Origin: an uncultured Candidatus Saccharibacteria bacterium
GTDB taxonomy: Bacteria > Patescibacteriota > Minisyncoccia > Phycocordibacterales > UBA9973
Length of the DNA stretch: 64,000 bases
NCBI GenBank assembly: GCA_964532495.1
Contig: CAZHJZ010000002.1
Location: 1,693 to 65,692 of the forward strand
Direction of reading: 5' to 3'
The first letter of the stretch is position 1. Every line of letters starts with the position of its first letter. A program made the position numbers and the translations under genes. The notes below the pieces were generated by a model, which saw only the letters and a program-made list of their open reading frames with translations, searched no databases and was not told the origin of the DNA. Positions 19,048 to 28,738 of the stretch are shown here, piece after piece.

Positions 19048-19917
19048 TTATCTATGCTCGCTTTTAATCTTACCTCCTAATGTGCGAAGCTCTTCGAGGG
19101 CCATCTTTGCTTCTTCTTTGTTTGGAGCTTTACCATGCCAGTGGAAATCATACTCGAATTCCTTTACTCCCTTGCCTGGGATAGTTCGAGCAATGATGAC
19201 CGACGGTTTATCGGTTACTGCTTTTGCTGTATTGATCGCAGTGTCTATCTGTCTGAAATCATGGCCATCTATTTCCTGCACATGCCATCCGAATGTTTTG
19301 TATTTTTCACCAAGATCGCCGAGCGGCATGATATCTTCGGTATATCCGTCGATTTGAATATTGTTGCGATCAATAATAGCGATGAGGTTATGAAGCTTTT
19401 CTTTACCGGCAAGAAGTACTGCCTCCCAGGTATTACCTTCGTCATGCTCGCCATCAGAAAGAAGTGCGTAAATAGTTTTGTGCGTTGTCATGCCGTTATC
19501 GATACGGTCAGCGAGTGCCATTCCGGTTGCCTGTGAAAGGCCTGAGCCGAGCGGGCCAGAACTTGTTTCAAGCATTGGTAGATACTCTCTATGCGGATGG
19601 CCTTGGAGGCGAGAACCGAATTTTCTAAGCGTTTGCAGTTCAGTCGTGCTGAAATAGCCTGCATGCGCCATGGTAGCGTATAGTACCGGACAAATATGAC
19701 CATTAGAAAGCACTACTCTGTCGCGATCTGCCCATGTTGGGTTCTTTGGATTATGTTTGAGCGAATGAAAATAGAGATGGGTGAAGATATCAGTCATGCC
19801 GAGCGGCCCGGCAGTATGTCCGGAACCCGCGGTAAGCAGCATAGAAATAATACTTTCGCGAATATCATTTGCCTTAATTGCGAGGTCGGAGATTTTGAGA
19901 TCGTCGAGTGGTTCCAT
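19048..19917 (-). CDS. transketolase, N-terminal section (TPP-binding)
   Basis: 289 aa; GSGHTAGPLGMTDIFTHLYF... N-terminal transketolase signature. Confidence 0.85.
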   Translation of the reverse strand: MEPLDDLKISDLAIKANDIRESIISMLLTAGSGHTAGPLGMTDIFTHLYFHSLKHNPKNPTWADRDRVVLSNGHICPVLYATMAHAGYFSTTELQTLRKFGSRLQGHPHREYLPMLETSSGPLGSGLSQATGMALADRIDNGMTTHKTIYALLSDGEHDEGNTWEAVLLAGKEKLHNLIAIIDRNNIQIDGYTEDIMPLGDLGEKYKTFGWHVQEIDGHDFRQIDTAINTAKAVTDKPSVIIARTIPGKGVKEFEYDFHWHGKAPNKEEAKMALEELRTLGGKIKSEHR

Positions 19918-19938
19918 ATACTTCCAAGTATATCATGA

Positions 19939-20016
19939 TTTACCGGTAGGTAAATTACCGCGCGCGGCGTAGTACATTAAAATTCAGCGACCAGGCGCGT
20001 GCAGCCACAAAGTGTA
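19939..20016 (+). ncRNA. conserved structured RNA element, copy C (plus strand, antisense to flanking tkt/rpe genes)
   Basis: UUUACC-GGUA-GGUAAA hairpin then CCGCGCGCGGCGUAGUAC...CGACCAGGCGCGUGCAGCCACAAAGUGUAGGA; same block order and pairing pattern as copies A/B. Confidence 0.5.
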
Positions 20017-20042
20017 GGAAAAAGTGGAGTAGAAATTACTAC

Positions 20043-20735
20043 TTATAAATCTGTTTTCAAGTTTTGAAAGTCTTCAACCGTGCTTTGAATATCTACTTCG
20101 TCAAAAAGTGCTGAACCAATGACAAGCCTGTTTGCCCCGGCCGCAAGAAGCGGGTGCGCTGTTGTTTTGTTCACTGCGCCGTCAACACTGATAATCATGT
20201 TTGGAGCAAGTGCGCGGACTTTGAGTATTTGCCCGATAACGCGTTCATCGAATGGCTGGCGCTGTTTGCCGATAGCCGCAATGCCCATGCATTGCACGAA
20301 TTTGATATGTGGAAGGAGTGGAATCAAAAGATCTGTATCAGTAGTTGTATTGATCGCTACGCCCATTTCGATGAAATCTTTGTAATACGGATCAACTGTT
20401 TCAAAAAAGCCGAGCAAGTTGTCTTCTGCTTCAAGATGAAAAACCAAACGGTTGGGGCCAATTTTAAGAAGTCGATCAAACTGCTCAGATGCGTTTTTTG
20501 CCATGAGGTCGAACTCGTAGTTCACCTGTTCCCAATATGGCAAGCCGGTTTCTTCGTTGACGATCTCGTTGTAGGCCATTACGTCTTTTCCGTTAAAAGG
20601 CCAGGATTTGGTAGCAACATAGACGCCATCGCAGAAATCTATCTGGATAGTTTTGACCAAGGTAAATACCATGGAAGACTTTGTACGTATTTCACCGACA
20701 TTCTGCGGCATGATTGCTGGAATAATTTCTATCAT
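20043..20735 (-). CDS. rpe: ribulose-phosphate 3-epimerase-like (divergent; first metal-ligand His not conserved)
   Basis: 230 aa; ...FHLEAE..., MGIAAIGKQRQPF (GFGGQ-like), ISVDGAVN, AGANRLVIGSALF blocks. Confidence 0.55.
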   Translation of the reverse strand: MIEIIPAIMPQNVGEIRTKSSMVFTLVKTIQIDFCDGVYVATKSWPFNGKDVMAYNEIVNEETGLPYWEQVNYEFDLMAKNASEQFDRLLKIGPNRLVFHLEAEDNLLGFFETVDPYYKDFIEMGVAINTTTDTDLLIPLLPHIKFVQCMGIAAIGKQRQPFDERVIGQILKVRALAPNMIISVDGAVNKTTAHPLLAAGANRLVIGSALFDEVDIQSTVEDFQNLKTDL

Positions 20736-20739
20736 AGTC

Positions 20740-21231
20740 TTATTGTTCTATTTTGGTAATTCGGCGAACGTGGCGTTCATCCCCTGAAAAAAGCGTATCA
20801 ATAAATACTTTAACTGCCTGCTGTGCATGGCTTTCGAGAATAAAATGAGCACCGAGCGAAAGAATATTCGCATTGTTATGGAATCGCGCTAGCTTTACTA
20901 TCTCATATGGATCTTTACTGGAAGTTCCACCGACATCCACTGCTTCATATGGAATCATTTCGCCATAAAAGACAGCAGCTCGAACGCCGCGAACTTTATT
21001 TGCTACAATCGCCTCGCCTTGTCCGCTTCCTCCAAAGATGATTCCCAAGCTTCCTTGATCGGCGGCAACTGCTTCTGCTGCTGGACGTATAAAATCTGGA
21101 TAGTCGTCTTCTGGTGTGAATTCCAGTGCGCCCATATCGACAATTTCAAGATCCATCATCGAACTCAAATAAGCCTTAATTTTTTCTTTAAGTTTGAATC
21201 CGGCATGATCTGTGGCGAGGTAGATTTTCAT
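20740..21231 (-). CDS. rpiB: ribose-5-phosphate isomerase B
   Basis: 163 aa; MKIYLATDHAGFKLKE... RpiB/LacAB family. Confidence 0.85.
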   Translation of the reverse strand: MKIYLATDHAGFKLKEKIKAYLSSMMDLEIVDMGALEFTPEDDYPDFIRPAAEAVAADQGSLGIIFGGSGQGEAIVANKVRGVRAAVFYGEMIPYEAVDVGGTSSKDPYEIVKLARFHNNANILSLGAHFILESHAQQAVKVFIDTLFSGDERHVRRITKIEQ

Positions 21232-21232
21232 G

Positions 21233-21305
21233 TTTATTTTATAGACTGCCCTGTTTTGATCACATGATCAACGAGGGTGTGCGTATACCTTACTTCGTTA
21301 TTGTA
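21233..21305 (-). pseudogene. relic C-terminal fragment of a second glyceraldehyde-3-phosphate dehydrogenase copy
   Basis: In-frame WYNNEVRYTHTLVDHVIKTGQSIK* ; ~75-80% nt identity to gap 3' end at 21572-21650 (WYDNEMGYTHTLVEHVIKTGNTIN*). Confidence 0.5.
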
Positions 21306-21565
21306 CCATCTCGAGGAGTTTCTGTGATTTGCCCACTTTCTAATTCATCTTTCGCGGTATCTATCGCTTCTAGAAAATCTTCTAATGGAATTTTCCGTGT
21401 CACTTGATTTTCGTCAAGATTAATCCCTGGAAATTCTAACTCAAAAACATCTGGTGCTTCGTGAGTCAACATAACACCGAATTTTCCTTCAAAAGAAATT
21501 TCAGCGACAAGCTTTTCTTTATCTGGATCACTAACAAAGATTATGTTGAAGTTTTGTTTTTCCAT
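21290..21565 (-). CDS. hypothetical small acidic protein
   Basis: 91 aa ORF flanked by the gap 3' end and its relic duplicate; no recognisable domain. Confidence 0.3.
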   Translation of the reverse strand: MEKQNFNIIFVSDPDKEKLVAEISFEGKFGVMLTHEAPDVFELEFPGINLDENQVTRKIPLEDFLEAIDTAKDELESGQITETPRDGTITK

Positions 21566-21567
21566 AA

Positions 21568-22602
21568 CTAGTTAATAGTATTGCCTGTCTTGATTACATG
21601 CTCAACCAAAGTGTGCGTATACCCCATCTCGTTGTCGTACCATGCCAACACTTTGACCAAGTTTCCGCCAACAACGCGAGTCATTGCGAGGTCTGCGATA
21701 GATGCATGTGTTTCGCCAAGGATGTCAGATGATACAAGCGGCTCTTCTGTGACTGCGAAAATTTCCTTCCATCGGTCGCTTTTCGCAGCGTCTTTTAGGA
21801 TTTGGTTTACTTCTTCCGCTGTTACTGTTTTCTTTGAGATAAACGTAACATCAACAATTGAACCTGCTGGAACTGGCACGCGAAGTGAAATACCGTCAAA
21901 GAGTCCTTTGAGATCGGTAAATGCTTCTGTCACAGCGATAGCTGCACCAGTTGAAGATGGAACGATATTTTGAGCCGCTGCACGGCCTTCTCGGAGGTCT
22001 TTCTTTGCAGGACCATCCACGAGTGCTTGAGATGCTGTATAGCCGTGTGTAGTTGATAGCAATGCTTTCTCAATACCAACGGTGTCATGCAAGATTGCAA
22101 TAAGCGGTGATGCAGCGTTAGTTGTACATGAAGCGTTAGAAGTGATCGCACATGTGCCGAATTTGTTTTCGTTTACGCCAACGAGAATTGTCTCGCCTTT
22201 GATGCCTTCGTCTTCTACGTCATGAGCTGGCGCAGTGATAACAACTTTCTTTGCTCCCTGAGTGATATGAAATTCAGACTTGTCATACGCTGCAAAAAGT
22301 CCTGTAGATTCAACAACAACGTCAACTTCCAGTTCTTTCCATGGAAGTTTTGTTGTATCTTTTTCTGAAATAAATTTGATGGGCTTTCCGTCAACAATAA
22401 GGCCGTGCTCATCGCGAGAAACTGCATGGTTCCATTTTCGGTATACAGTATCGTATTGGAGCAGGTATGCGAGTGATTCCAAGGTTCCAAGGTCATTCAC
22501 TGCGACAATTTCCACTTCTGGGCGTTCCCAAGCTAATTTAAAAAACGCGCGGCCGATGCGGCCAAAGCCATTGATGGCTACTTTGATTTTGGTCTGTGTC
22601 AT
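21568..22602 (-). CDS. gap: glyceraldehyde-3-phosphate dehydrogenase
   Basis: 344 aa; KVAINGFGRIGR NAD-binding motif, ASCTTN active-site block. Confidence 0.9.
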   Translation of the reverse strand: MTQTKIKVAINGFGRIGRAFFKLAWERPEVEIVAVNDLGTLESLAYLLQYDTVYRKWNHAVSRDEHGLIVDGKPIKFISEKDTTKLPWKELEVDVVVESTGLFAAYDKSEFHITQGAKKVVITAPAHDVEDEGIKGETILVGVNENKFGTCAITSNASCTTNAASPLIAILHDTVGIEKALLSTTHGYTASQALVDGPAKKDLREGRAAAQNIVPSSTGAAIAVTEAFTDLKGLFDGISLRVPVPAGSIVDVTFISKKTVTAEEVNQILKDAAKSDRWKEIFAVTEEPLVSSDILGETHASIADLAMTRVVGGNLVKVLAWYDNEMGYTHTLVEHVIKTGNTIN

Positions 22603-22621
22603 GCGGGTAGTATACCCTTTT

Positions 22622-23440
22622 TTAGCGTACTACGACAACATCGCCATCATATTTGGCCATACGGCGTTCAAGCGTCGACTGCTGAAGGGGATATTCTCCG
22701 TAGAGAGGGTCTGAAATCATAAACGATGTTTTCCCGTCTACTATTTTATACCCTGAGATAACGGCCACATGGTTTCGGAAAAATCTGATAGATTTGCCTG
22801 CCGGTGTCTGATAGGTAATGCTTCCGGCTGCGTATGAGTCTGGAACATGCCAAAAAATCACTGGGTTGCCATCATCAAGCTCGCGAATAACATCTGACGA
22901 AGTAAATCCAGAATATGCTTCACTGCCAGAGCGATATTCTCTCGCAACTCTGGCAATAGGATCTTTATTCACTCCCCAACCCGTTGCACCGCGCATACCA
23001 TTGGTAGCATTTGAAAAATATCCTTTAACATTGCCAACGAAACCGAGGTTAGGATCGCCCCAGATCATAACTCCATTTTCTGTATAACTCTTGTATGGGT
23101 CGCTAATACCGATTTCTTTTAGAAGTTCATCTTGGCTTTTTTTGATGCCGCGATATTCAAGAGCCATCTGCAAGCTCGCCGATTCGCACGAAAGCGTGTA
23201 AATCTGATAGCGAAGCGGAACAGAAAGGTCTACAATTTTTGAAGGTTTTATTTCTGGCTTTGGTGCAGCTTTGATCGGAGCTGGCGTAGCTACTACCGCT
23301 GGTTGTGTTATCGTAACTTTAACTGTTGGTACCTCTGGATACCATGGCCATTTTTCAATTATCGGCGCATGTGGCAAAGAAACATTTTGGCTTGAAAATG
23401 TAATAAAAGATACGTACAGACTTATAAGTGTTGAAAACAC
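22622..23440 (-). CDS. secreted C39-like peptidase-domain protein
   Basis: 272 aa; signal/TM, Pro-rich linker, YTLSCESASLQMALEY Cys block typical of peptidase_C39-like domain. Confidence 0.55.
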   Translation of the reverse strand: MFSTLISLYVSFITFSSQNVSLPHAPIIEKWPWYPEVPTVKVTITQPAVVATPAPIKAAPKPEIKPSKIVDLSVPLRYQIYTLSCESASLQMALEYRGIKKSQDELLKEIGISDPYKSYTENGVMIWGDPNLGFVGNVKGYFSNATNGMRGATGWGVNKDPIARVAREYRSGSEAYSGFTSSDVIRELDDGNPVIFWHVPDSYAAGSITYQTPAGKSIRFFRNHVAVISGYKIVDGKTSFMISDPLYGEYPLQQSTLERRMAKYDGDVVVVR

Positions 23441-23441
23441 G

Positions 23442-24860
23442 TTATTTTAAGAGCTCTTCAAGAACCTGTTTTGCCAATGCTGGGTTTGCAGCTCCTTTTG
23501 TCTCTTTCATTATCATGCCGACCAGTGACATAAGCGCTTGTACCTTACCGCCTCTGTAGTCTGCTACGATTTTCGGACTGAGATCAATCACTTTTTGCGC
23601 GATCTCTCTCAGTTCTTCTGGATTTTCTTTTTGAATCAAGCCTCGTTCTTCAGCGATAGCTCGAGGAGAACGGTCTTCTGCTTTCAAAATCAAGAGCATG
23701 TCTTTTGCTGCTCGTGATGAAATTGCTCCTTCTCCAAGCATAGTGATAAGTTCGCCAAGCTGGTGCGCATGCGGGAATTCAAAAGCCGGATCTTTCTTGC
23801 GAAGTCCTACGAGGTCTGAAGTAATGTAGTTTGATGCTATTTTTATCTTTTCTTTATCTCCGCCGAGTTCGGTTACTACATCTTCAAAATATGCGGCAAG
23901 ATCGAAATCTGTAACATAGCTTTCAGTATCTTCGGGCTTGATTCCGAACTGTTCGCTGTATCGCAAACGCTTTTGTGCAGGAAGCTCAGGAAGTTCCGCC
24001 TTCATTGCGCTCAAATCAAATGCTTTTGAGAGCATTAATTTTGGAAGATCTGGGTCTGGGAAATAACGGTAATCCTCCGCAACTTCTTTTCGTCGCTGAG
24101 AAAATGTTTTTTGCTTTGAATCATCCCATCCTCGAGTTTCCTTAACAATCTCGTTGATCTTGCCGTCTTCTATGAGCTCAATCATTCGCTTTTGTTCATA
24201 GAGAGCTGCTCGCTCTGCTGCGCGGAATGAGTTGATGTTCTTCACTTCAACTGGCACGCCAAACTTTCCCTCTTCTGTCGAGACGGAAATGTTTACTTCA
24301 ACTCGCATCTGTCCTTTGTCCATGTTTGCTTCGGATGCATTCAAGTATCGAAGGATCATCTGGAATTCTTGCGCAAAAAGACCGATAGTTTCAATATCGT
24401 GAATGACTGGTTCTGTAACAAGTTCCATAAGCGGTACTCCAGCACGGTTGAAATCAACCAGTGAGTAGTCGCCTTTTTCGTGATCAGAAGTCGCAGTATC
24501 TTCTTCTAAGTGAATACGAGTGAGTTTTACCCCTCGAAGCTCGCCTCCTGCGACGATTGGATATTTGTACTGGCTGATCTGGTAAGCTTTCGGGATATCA
24601 GGGTAGAAATAGTTTTTGCGGTCGAATTCAGTAAAGTCAGCGATCTGGCCGTTTAGCGCAAGACCGACTTGTATTACTTTGCGAACCGCTTCCTTGTTGA
24701 TGACAGGCAGCGTACCTGGATGCGCCATACAGACCGGACAGACATTTGCGTTTGGTCGGGCTTCATCAGGATCGTTCTTGCAGCCGCAGAACATTTTTGA
24801 GTTTGTTTTGAGTTCGGCGTGGATTTCGAGGCCGATAGTTGTGTAGTACTGCTTTTCCAT
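23442..24860 (-). CDS. gatB: Asp-tRNA(Asn)/Glu-tRNA(Gln) amidotransferase subunit B
   Basis: 472 aa; MEKQYYTTIGLEIHAELKTNSKMFCGC... and C-terminal YqeY-like domain. Confidence 0.9.
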   Translation of the reverse strand: MEKQYYTTIGLEIHAELKTNSKMFCGCKNDPDEARPNANVCPVCMAHPGTLPVINKEAVRKVIQVGLALNGQIADFTEFDRKNYFYPDIPKAYQISQYKYPIVAGGELRGVKLTRIHLEEDTATSDHEKGDYSLVDFNRAGVPLMELVTEPVIHDIETIGLFAQEFQMILRYLNASEANMDKGQMRVEVNISVSTEEGKFGVPVEVKNINSFRAAERAALYEQKRMIELIEDGKINEIVKETRGWDDSKQKTFSQRRKEVAEDYRYFPDPDLPKLMLSKAFDLSAMKAELPELPAQKRLRYSEQFGIKPEDTESYVTDFDLAAYFEDVVTELGGDKEKIKIASNYITSDLVGLRKKDPAFEFPHAHQLGELITMLGEGAISSRAAKDMLLILKAEDRSPRAIAEERGLIQKENPEELREIAQKVIDLSPKIVADYRGGKVQALMSLVGMIMKETKGAANPALAKQVLEELLK

Positions 24861-24922
24861 AAAAACAGTATACAGAATAACGTGTTTTTATATAACTTGA
24901 CTGAGGAACTAAACCATGTTGT

Positions 24923-25909
24923 CTATTTTTTCAGCATTCCTGCCAATTCCTTCTCAAGAGCTTTTACTGAAGCAGTATCATAGAGCGTAACAGTTAAAAC
25001 CGTTTTGCCCAGCTTTTCAAATTCCTTTACTTTCTTTGCGATTATTTTCGGATCTTCTACGGTGTCAGTCTTGGTAAGAAGTATTACTTCATCTTTCTCT
25101 TCAAGCCCATTTCCATATGCTTTCAATTCTTTGCGGATTTCTTTGTAGACCTTCATCATGCCGCCAGTTTTTGCGAGTTCGTTTTCAAATGAAACGAGGT
25201 GGATGAGTTTGCGTGTACGTTTGACGTGCTTTAAGAACTTTGTTCCAAGTCCCCGGCCTTCGCTTGCGCCTTCGATCAATCCTGGGATGTCAGCAAGAAT
25301 ATATCCGTGAAATTCTCCAAGGTTTGGATCTAGGGTCGTAAAAGCATAGTCGCCAATTTTTGCAGATGCGTTTGTGAGTGAATTCAAAAGGCTCGATTTG
25401 CCAGCATTTGGCAGACCGATCAGTCCAATATCAGCAAAGAGTTCGAGTTCAATATGAAAATTACTTTCCTCTCCAGGCTTTCCTTTTGTCGTCTTGAGCG
25501 GAGTAGTGTGGATTGAACTTTTGAAAAATTCATTACCCATGCCGCCGCGCCCGCCATTAAGAAGCGTAGCTTTTTGGCCATCGGTATCAAGAGCGATGCG
25601 TTCGTTGGTATCAAGGTTCGTAATGATGCTTCCAACAGGAAGTTCAATGACAATATCCTTGCCGTCTCGTCCATGTCGGCTGCGGCCTTCTCCAGGGAAA
25701 CCATCTTCAGCGCGAAATTCTTTCTTGTGGCTGTATTTTGCCAAGGTATGCATATTGCGCACGGCTTTCACCATGATTTTGCCTCCTTTGCCGCCGTCTC
25801 CGCCAGCAGGTCCTCCCTTAGCAATGAATTTCTCTTTGCGCCATCGAACAACGCCGTCGCCTCCCTTGCCGGCTTTTGCCGATATTTTTATTTCATCTAC
25901 GAATGCCAT
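24923..25909 (-). CDS. obg: GTPase Obg
   Basis: 328 aa; Gly-rich Obg fold N-terminus (GGDGGKGG), G1-G4 motifs. Confidence 0.9.
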   Translation of the reverse strand: MAFVDEIKISAKAGKGGDGVVRWRKEKFIAKGGPAGGDGGKGGKIMVKAVRNMHTLAKYSHKKEFRAEDGFPGEGRSRHGRDGKDIVIELPVGSIITNLDTNERIALDTDGQKATLLNGGRGGMGNEFFKSSIHTTPLKTTKGKPGEESNFHIELELFADIGLIGLPNAGKSSLLNSLTNASAKIGDYAFTTLDPNLGEFHGYILADIPGLIEGASEGRGLGTKFLKHVKRTRKLIHLVSFENELAKTGGMMKVYKEIRKELKAYGNGLEEKDEVILLTKTDTVEDPKIIAKKVKEFEKLGKTVLTVTLYDTASVKALEKELAGMLKK

Positions 25910-25945
25910 ATAAATATAATTCTAACACATTTTTGTAAAAATAGC

Positions 25946-25970
25946 AAAAAATGAGCTTGAGCTCATTTTT
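25946..25970 (-). terminator. rho-independent terminator
   Basis: AAAAAUGAGCU-UG-AGCUCAUUUUU palindromic hairpin followed by U-rich tract on minus strand. Confidence 0.6.
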
Positions 25971-26385
25971 ATGCCGCAATATTTTTGCGAGATTCGAGTA
26001 CTTTTCCATCATCAGTTAAGATGTCTTTGAATGTTCCAATCATCTTGTCCATATCGAGTTTTATCTTATAGCTCTCTTTTCCTTGTCTCATGCCGGGTGT
26101 AAAACTCGCAACAGGAGCTCCAAAAATAGCATTGATTGTGTCTACTTTGGGCTGCGCATCCTTGTAATCCCAAAGCAATAACGGTTGTCGAGAGTCAGCG
26201 ATTTGAGTTCGCAATTCTAGCCATTTTTGATAGCGCTTAAACTTTACTTCATGATCTGGAATCTGTTCAAGCAATTTTGCAGGCTGCTTCATTTTAAGAA
26301 TGCCTTCTTTTTCCTTGAGAACCTTTTCGGCTCCTTCCATAGTTAGATTTTTTGGTGTACGCGGCAATCCTCCTTCAAGTTTCAT
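25969..26385 (-). CDS. hypothetical protein
   Basis: 138 aa ORF, no recognised motif. Confidence 0.35.
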   Translation of the reverse strand: MKLEGGLPRTPKNLTMEGAEKVLKEKEGILKMKQPAKLLEQIPDHEVKFKRYQKWLELRTQIADSRQPLLLWDYKDAQPKVDTINAIFGAPVASFTPGMRQGKESYKIKLDMDKMIGTFKDILTDDGKVLESRKNIAA

Positions 26386-26397
26386 ATATAGTGTACT

Positions 26398-27294
26398 TTA
26401 TGCTTCTACTGCCAGTTTGGCAAGCTTTAGGATTGCTTCTTTTGTTTTAGCGATAATCAGCCAGCGTCCATTGTGGCAGAATATTGTGCCAGTAACTCCC
26501 GTCGCGGCATCAAGTTCAGCATCTCGTAACCCTGCCCATGCTTGCGGCATGTCTTTGCGTCGTTCAAAGAGGTTAGTTCCAGTTCCCACTCCCACCATGC
26601 GCCAGCTTCCGTCTGTGTTTGGACGGACTATGAATAACGGCTCGGGAAACTCTTTGAGCACATCTTCCGCCGGAGCGTTGATTTCCATTACGATTATGCG
26701 CTTATCTTCGGCATTGTTGTATGCTGCGAGAGCAATGCTTTCTGCATCGCGGTTGTCACGGGCATTGATTATTTCTCGATCAAGAATTTTTTCAGCGAAT
26801 GCGACCATTTCTAGAAATCTAGCATCTAACTCTGCTTCTTCTTCTTTCCAGGTAGTTCTAAACGCGTAGAGAGCGCTTCGGAGGGTGTATGGAGATACAT
26901 CTCCAGTCGGAGTGTACGTCGAAACACCGTTATCTTCCATATCTATTGGCTGCAAAAGTTTGTGATCAATGCGATCAGCAAGATCCTGGTCACCAGCGAG
27001 AATTACGCCAAGTTCCTTCCACAGCAATCCGCAGGACGCGTACTCAACGCCATTTGCACGCTTGCCCGCTCCGCCTTTTTGGTGGTGATCATATCGCTTT
27101 GTCGCTGGATCGTATATTCCGCCGACATCGAATACAATATCTGCTTCTGCAATGAGCTGTTCATCGCGAGTACGAGTTAAAGTATAGGCCGCGCCTTCTT
27201 TTCTTAGAATTTTAAAAAGAATTGCGCAGGCAAAAATATCATCGATATGAAAATCACGGTTATGAGTGACAAGCTTGTATGTTTTTGGTTCCAT
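26398..27294 (-). CDS. MYG1/UPF0160 family metal-dependent hydrolase
   Basis: 298 aa; THNRDFHIDDIFACAIL ~ THSGxFHxDE signature. Confidence 0.7.
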   Translation of the reverse strand: MEPKTYKLVTHNRDFHIDDIFACAILFKILRKEGAAYTLTRTRDEQLIAEADIVFDVGGIYDPATKRYDHHQKGGAGKRANGVEYASCGLLWKELGVILAGDQDLADRIDHKLLQPIDMEDNGVSTYTPTGDVSPYTLRSALYAFRTTWKEEEAELDARFLEMVAFAEKILDREIINARDNRDAESIALAAYNNAEDKRIIVMEINAPAEDVLKEFPEPLFIVRPNTDGSWRMVGVGTGTNLFERRKDMPQAWAGLRDAELDAATGVTGTIFCHNGRWLIIAKTKEAILKLAKLAVEA

Positions 27295-27296
27295 GA

Positions 27297-27890
27297 TTAT
27301 TCCTCTGATTCAAAGTACTCAATAATAAATCCAACGATGCGCTCTACAAGAAGGAACGCTATGATGCCGAGCAGAAGATAGAGAGCTACTCGCTTCAGAT
27401 CATGTGAGAAAGCAAAAGCTGTGCGGCTGAAAAAATATCCAATTGAAAACATTATTGTTATCCACGCGACAGATGAAACCACTTCTGCCGTTATGTATGT
27501 GCGGAGCTTGGAGCCTGTGTAGCCAGCAAAAATAATGGTGAAATGATTCAATCCGTAAATAAATTTCGAAAAGAAAAGAGACCAAAATGGCTTTTCTTTG
27601 AAATGCGGGAAAGCTATCAGCACGCGTTTTTCAATAAAGTCGAATATCTTATTCTGAGGAATGTATTTTTTGATACCGGCGCCAATCAAGTACCCAAGAA
27701 CAGTTTTTATTGTTGCCCCTGAAACCGCTAGCGTGAGGCCGATTTCAAGCGGAATAATTTTCGTGTGCGCAAGGATACCGATAACAATCAGCGCCACTTC
27801 CCCTTCAATAATAATTGATAGCAGGATCAAAAAGTACACCGCCACGTGGTGGTGTGAGGCAAACAGAGTTGCTGTTTCGATCAACTGCAT
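27297..27890 (-). CDS. DedA/VTT-family membrane protein
   Basis: 197 aa, multi-TM, DedA-like glycine-rich re-entrant region. Confidence 0.55.
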   Translation of the reverse strand: MQLIETATLFASHHHVAVYFLILLSIIIEGEVALIVIGILAHTKIIPLEIGLTLAVSGATIKTVLGYLIGAGIKKYIPQNKIFDFIEKRVLIAFPHFKEKPFWSLFFSKFIYGLNHFTIIFAGYTGSKLRTYITAEVVSSVAWITIMFSIGYFFSRTAFAFSHDLKRVALYLLLGIIAFLLVERIVGFIIEYFESEE

Positions 27891-27893
27891 AGG

Positions 27894-28244
27894 TTATTCA
27901 GTAGCTCGTCCCGCGATCCAGTTTATGATTGAAACAATGAGCGATCCCCAAAATGCCGCTGCGAAGTTTGCAACCGTAAATCCTGAAACGACATAGGCAA
28001 CTCCCCAGAAGAAGAGCGCATTGAGGATGAGCGAGAAGATACCAAGCGTAAGGATATTGATCGGAAGAGTCAAAATGCCGATAACTGGCTTGATAATGGT
28101 ATTAATAAACGCAAGAATTGCTGCTACAACAAGCGCAGTTAGGAATGTATCAACGTGAATGCCTGGCACTACATACTGAGACGCGATGACTGCGAGGGTT
28201 AAGATAATCCAATGTAAAATTACTTTCATGGTGATAGTTAACAA
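27894..28244 (-). CDS. DUF360 / phage-holin-4-like small membrane protein
   Basis: 116 aa, 3-4 TM helices. Confidence 0.45.
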   Translation of the reverse strand: MLTITMKVILHWIILTLAVIASQYVVPGIHVDTFLTALVVAAILAFINTIIKPVIGILTLPINILTLGIFSLILNALFFWGVAYVVSGFTVANFAAAFWGSLIVSIINWIAGRATE

Positions 28245-28700
28245 TTAGATGAACAATGAATCGACAACTTCTTTGACTACAGTGCCGTCTGCTTTTCCAG
28301 CGAGATCTTTCATAAGCATGCCAGTGAGCTTGCCAGCACCAGATTTATCTGTAACGCCAAGTTCAGCTTTTTTGGCTTCAGCAAATGGGCGGACTTCGTC
28401 AGCTGACATGAGCTTTGGAAGATATTTTTCAAGCACTTCGAGCTGGGCACGGTCTTCGTCTGCAAGATCCTGGCGTCCCGCTGCTTCAAATTGTGAAATT
28501 GCATCCTTGCGCTGCTTTGCAGTGCGAGTAATGACCTTGAGTGCCTCCTCATCGGAAAGCATATCCTGCGGAGTACGGTTACTTGATACTAATTCATTGG
28601 TAAATGCGGTTGTAAGTCCGCGGACAACGTTCAAGCGTACAGCATCCTTTGCCATCATCGCTTCTTTAATCTGCCCTTTGATTTGTTCATGTAATGACAT
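28245..28700 (-). CDS. GatB/YqeY-domain protein
   Basis: 151 aa; YqeY-like all-helical. Confidence 0.7.
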   Translation of the reverse strand: MSLHEQIKGQIKEAMMAKDAVRLNVVRGLTTAFTNELVSSNRTPQDMLSDEEALKVITRTAKQRKDAISQFEAAGRQDLADEDRAQLEVLEKYLPKLMSADEVRPFAEAKKAELGVTDKSGAGKLTGMLMKDLAGKADGTVVKEVVDSLFI

Positions 28701-28738
28701 GGCTAGAGTATAGCAAAAAGTGTGATAAAATTCATCTC

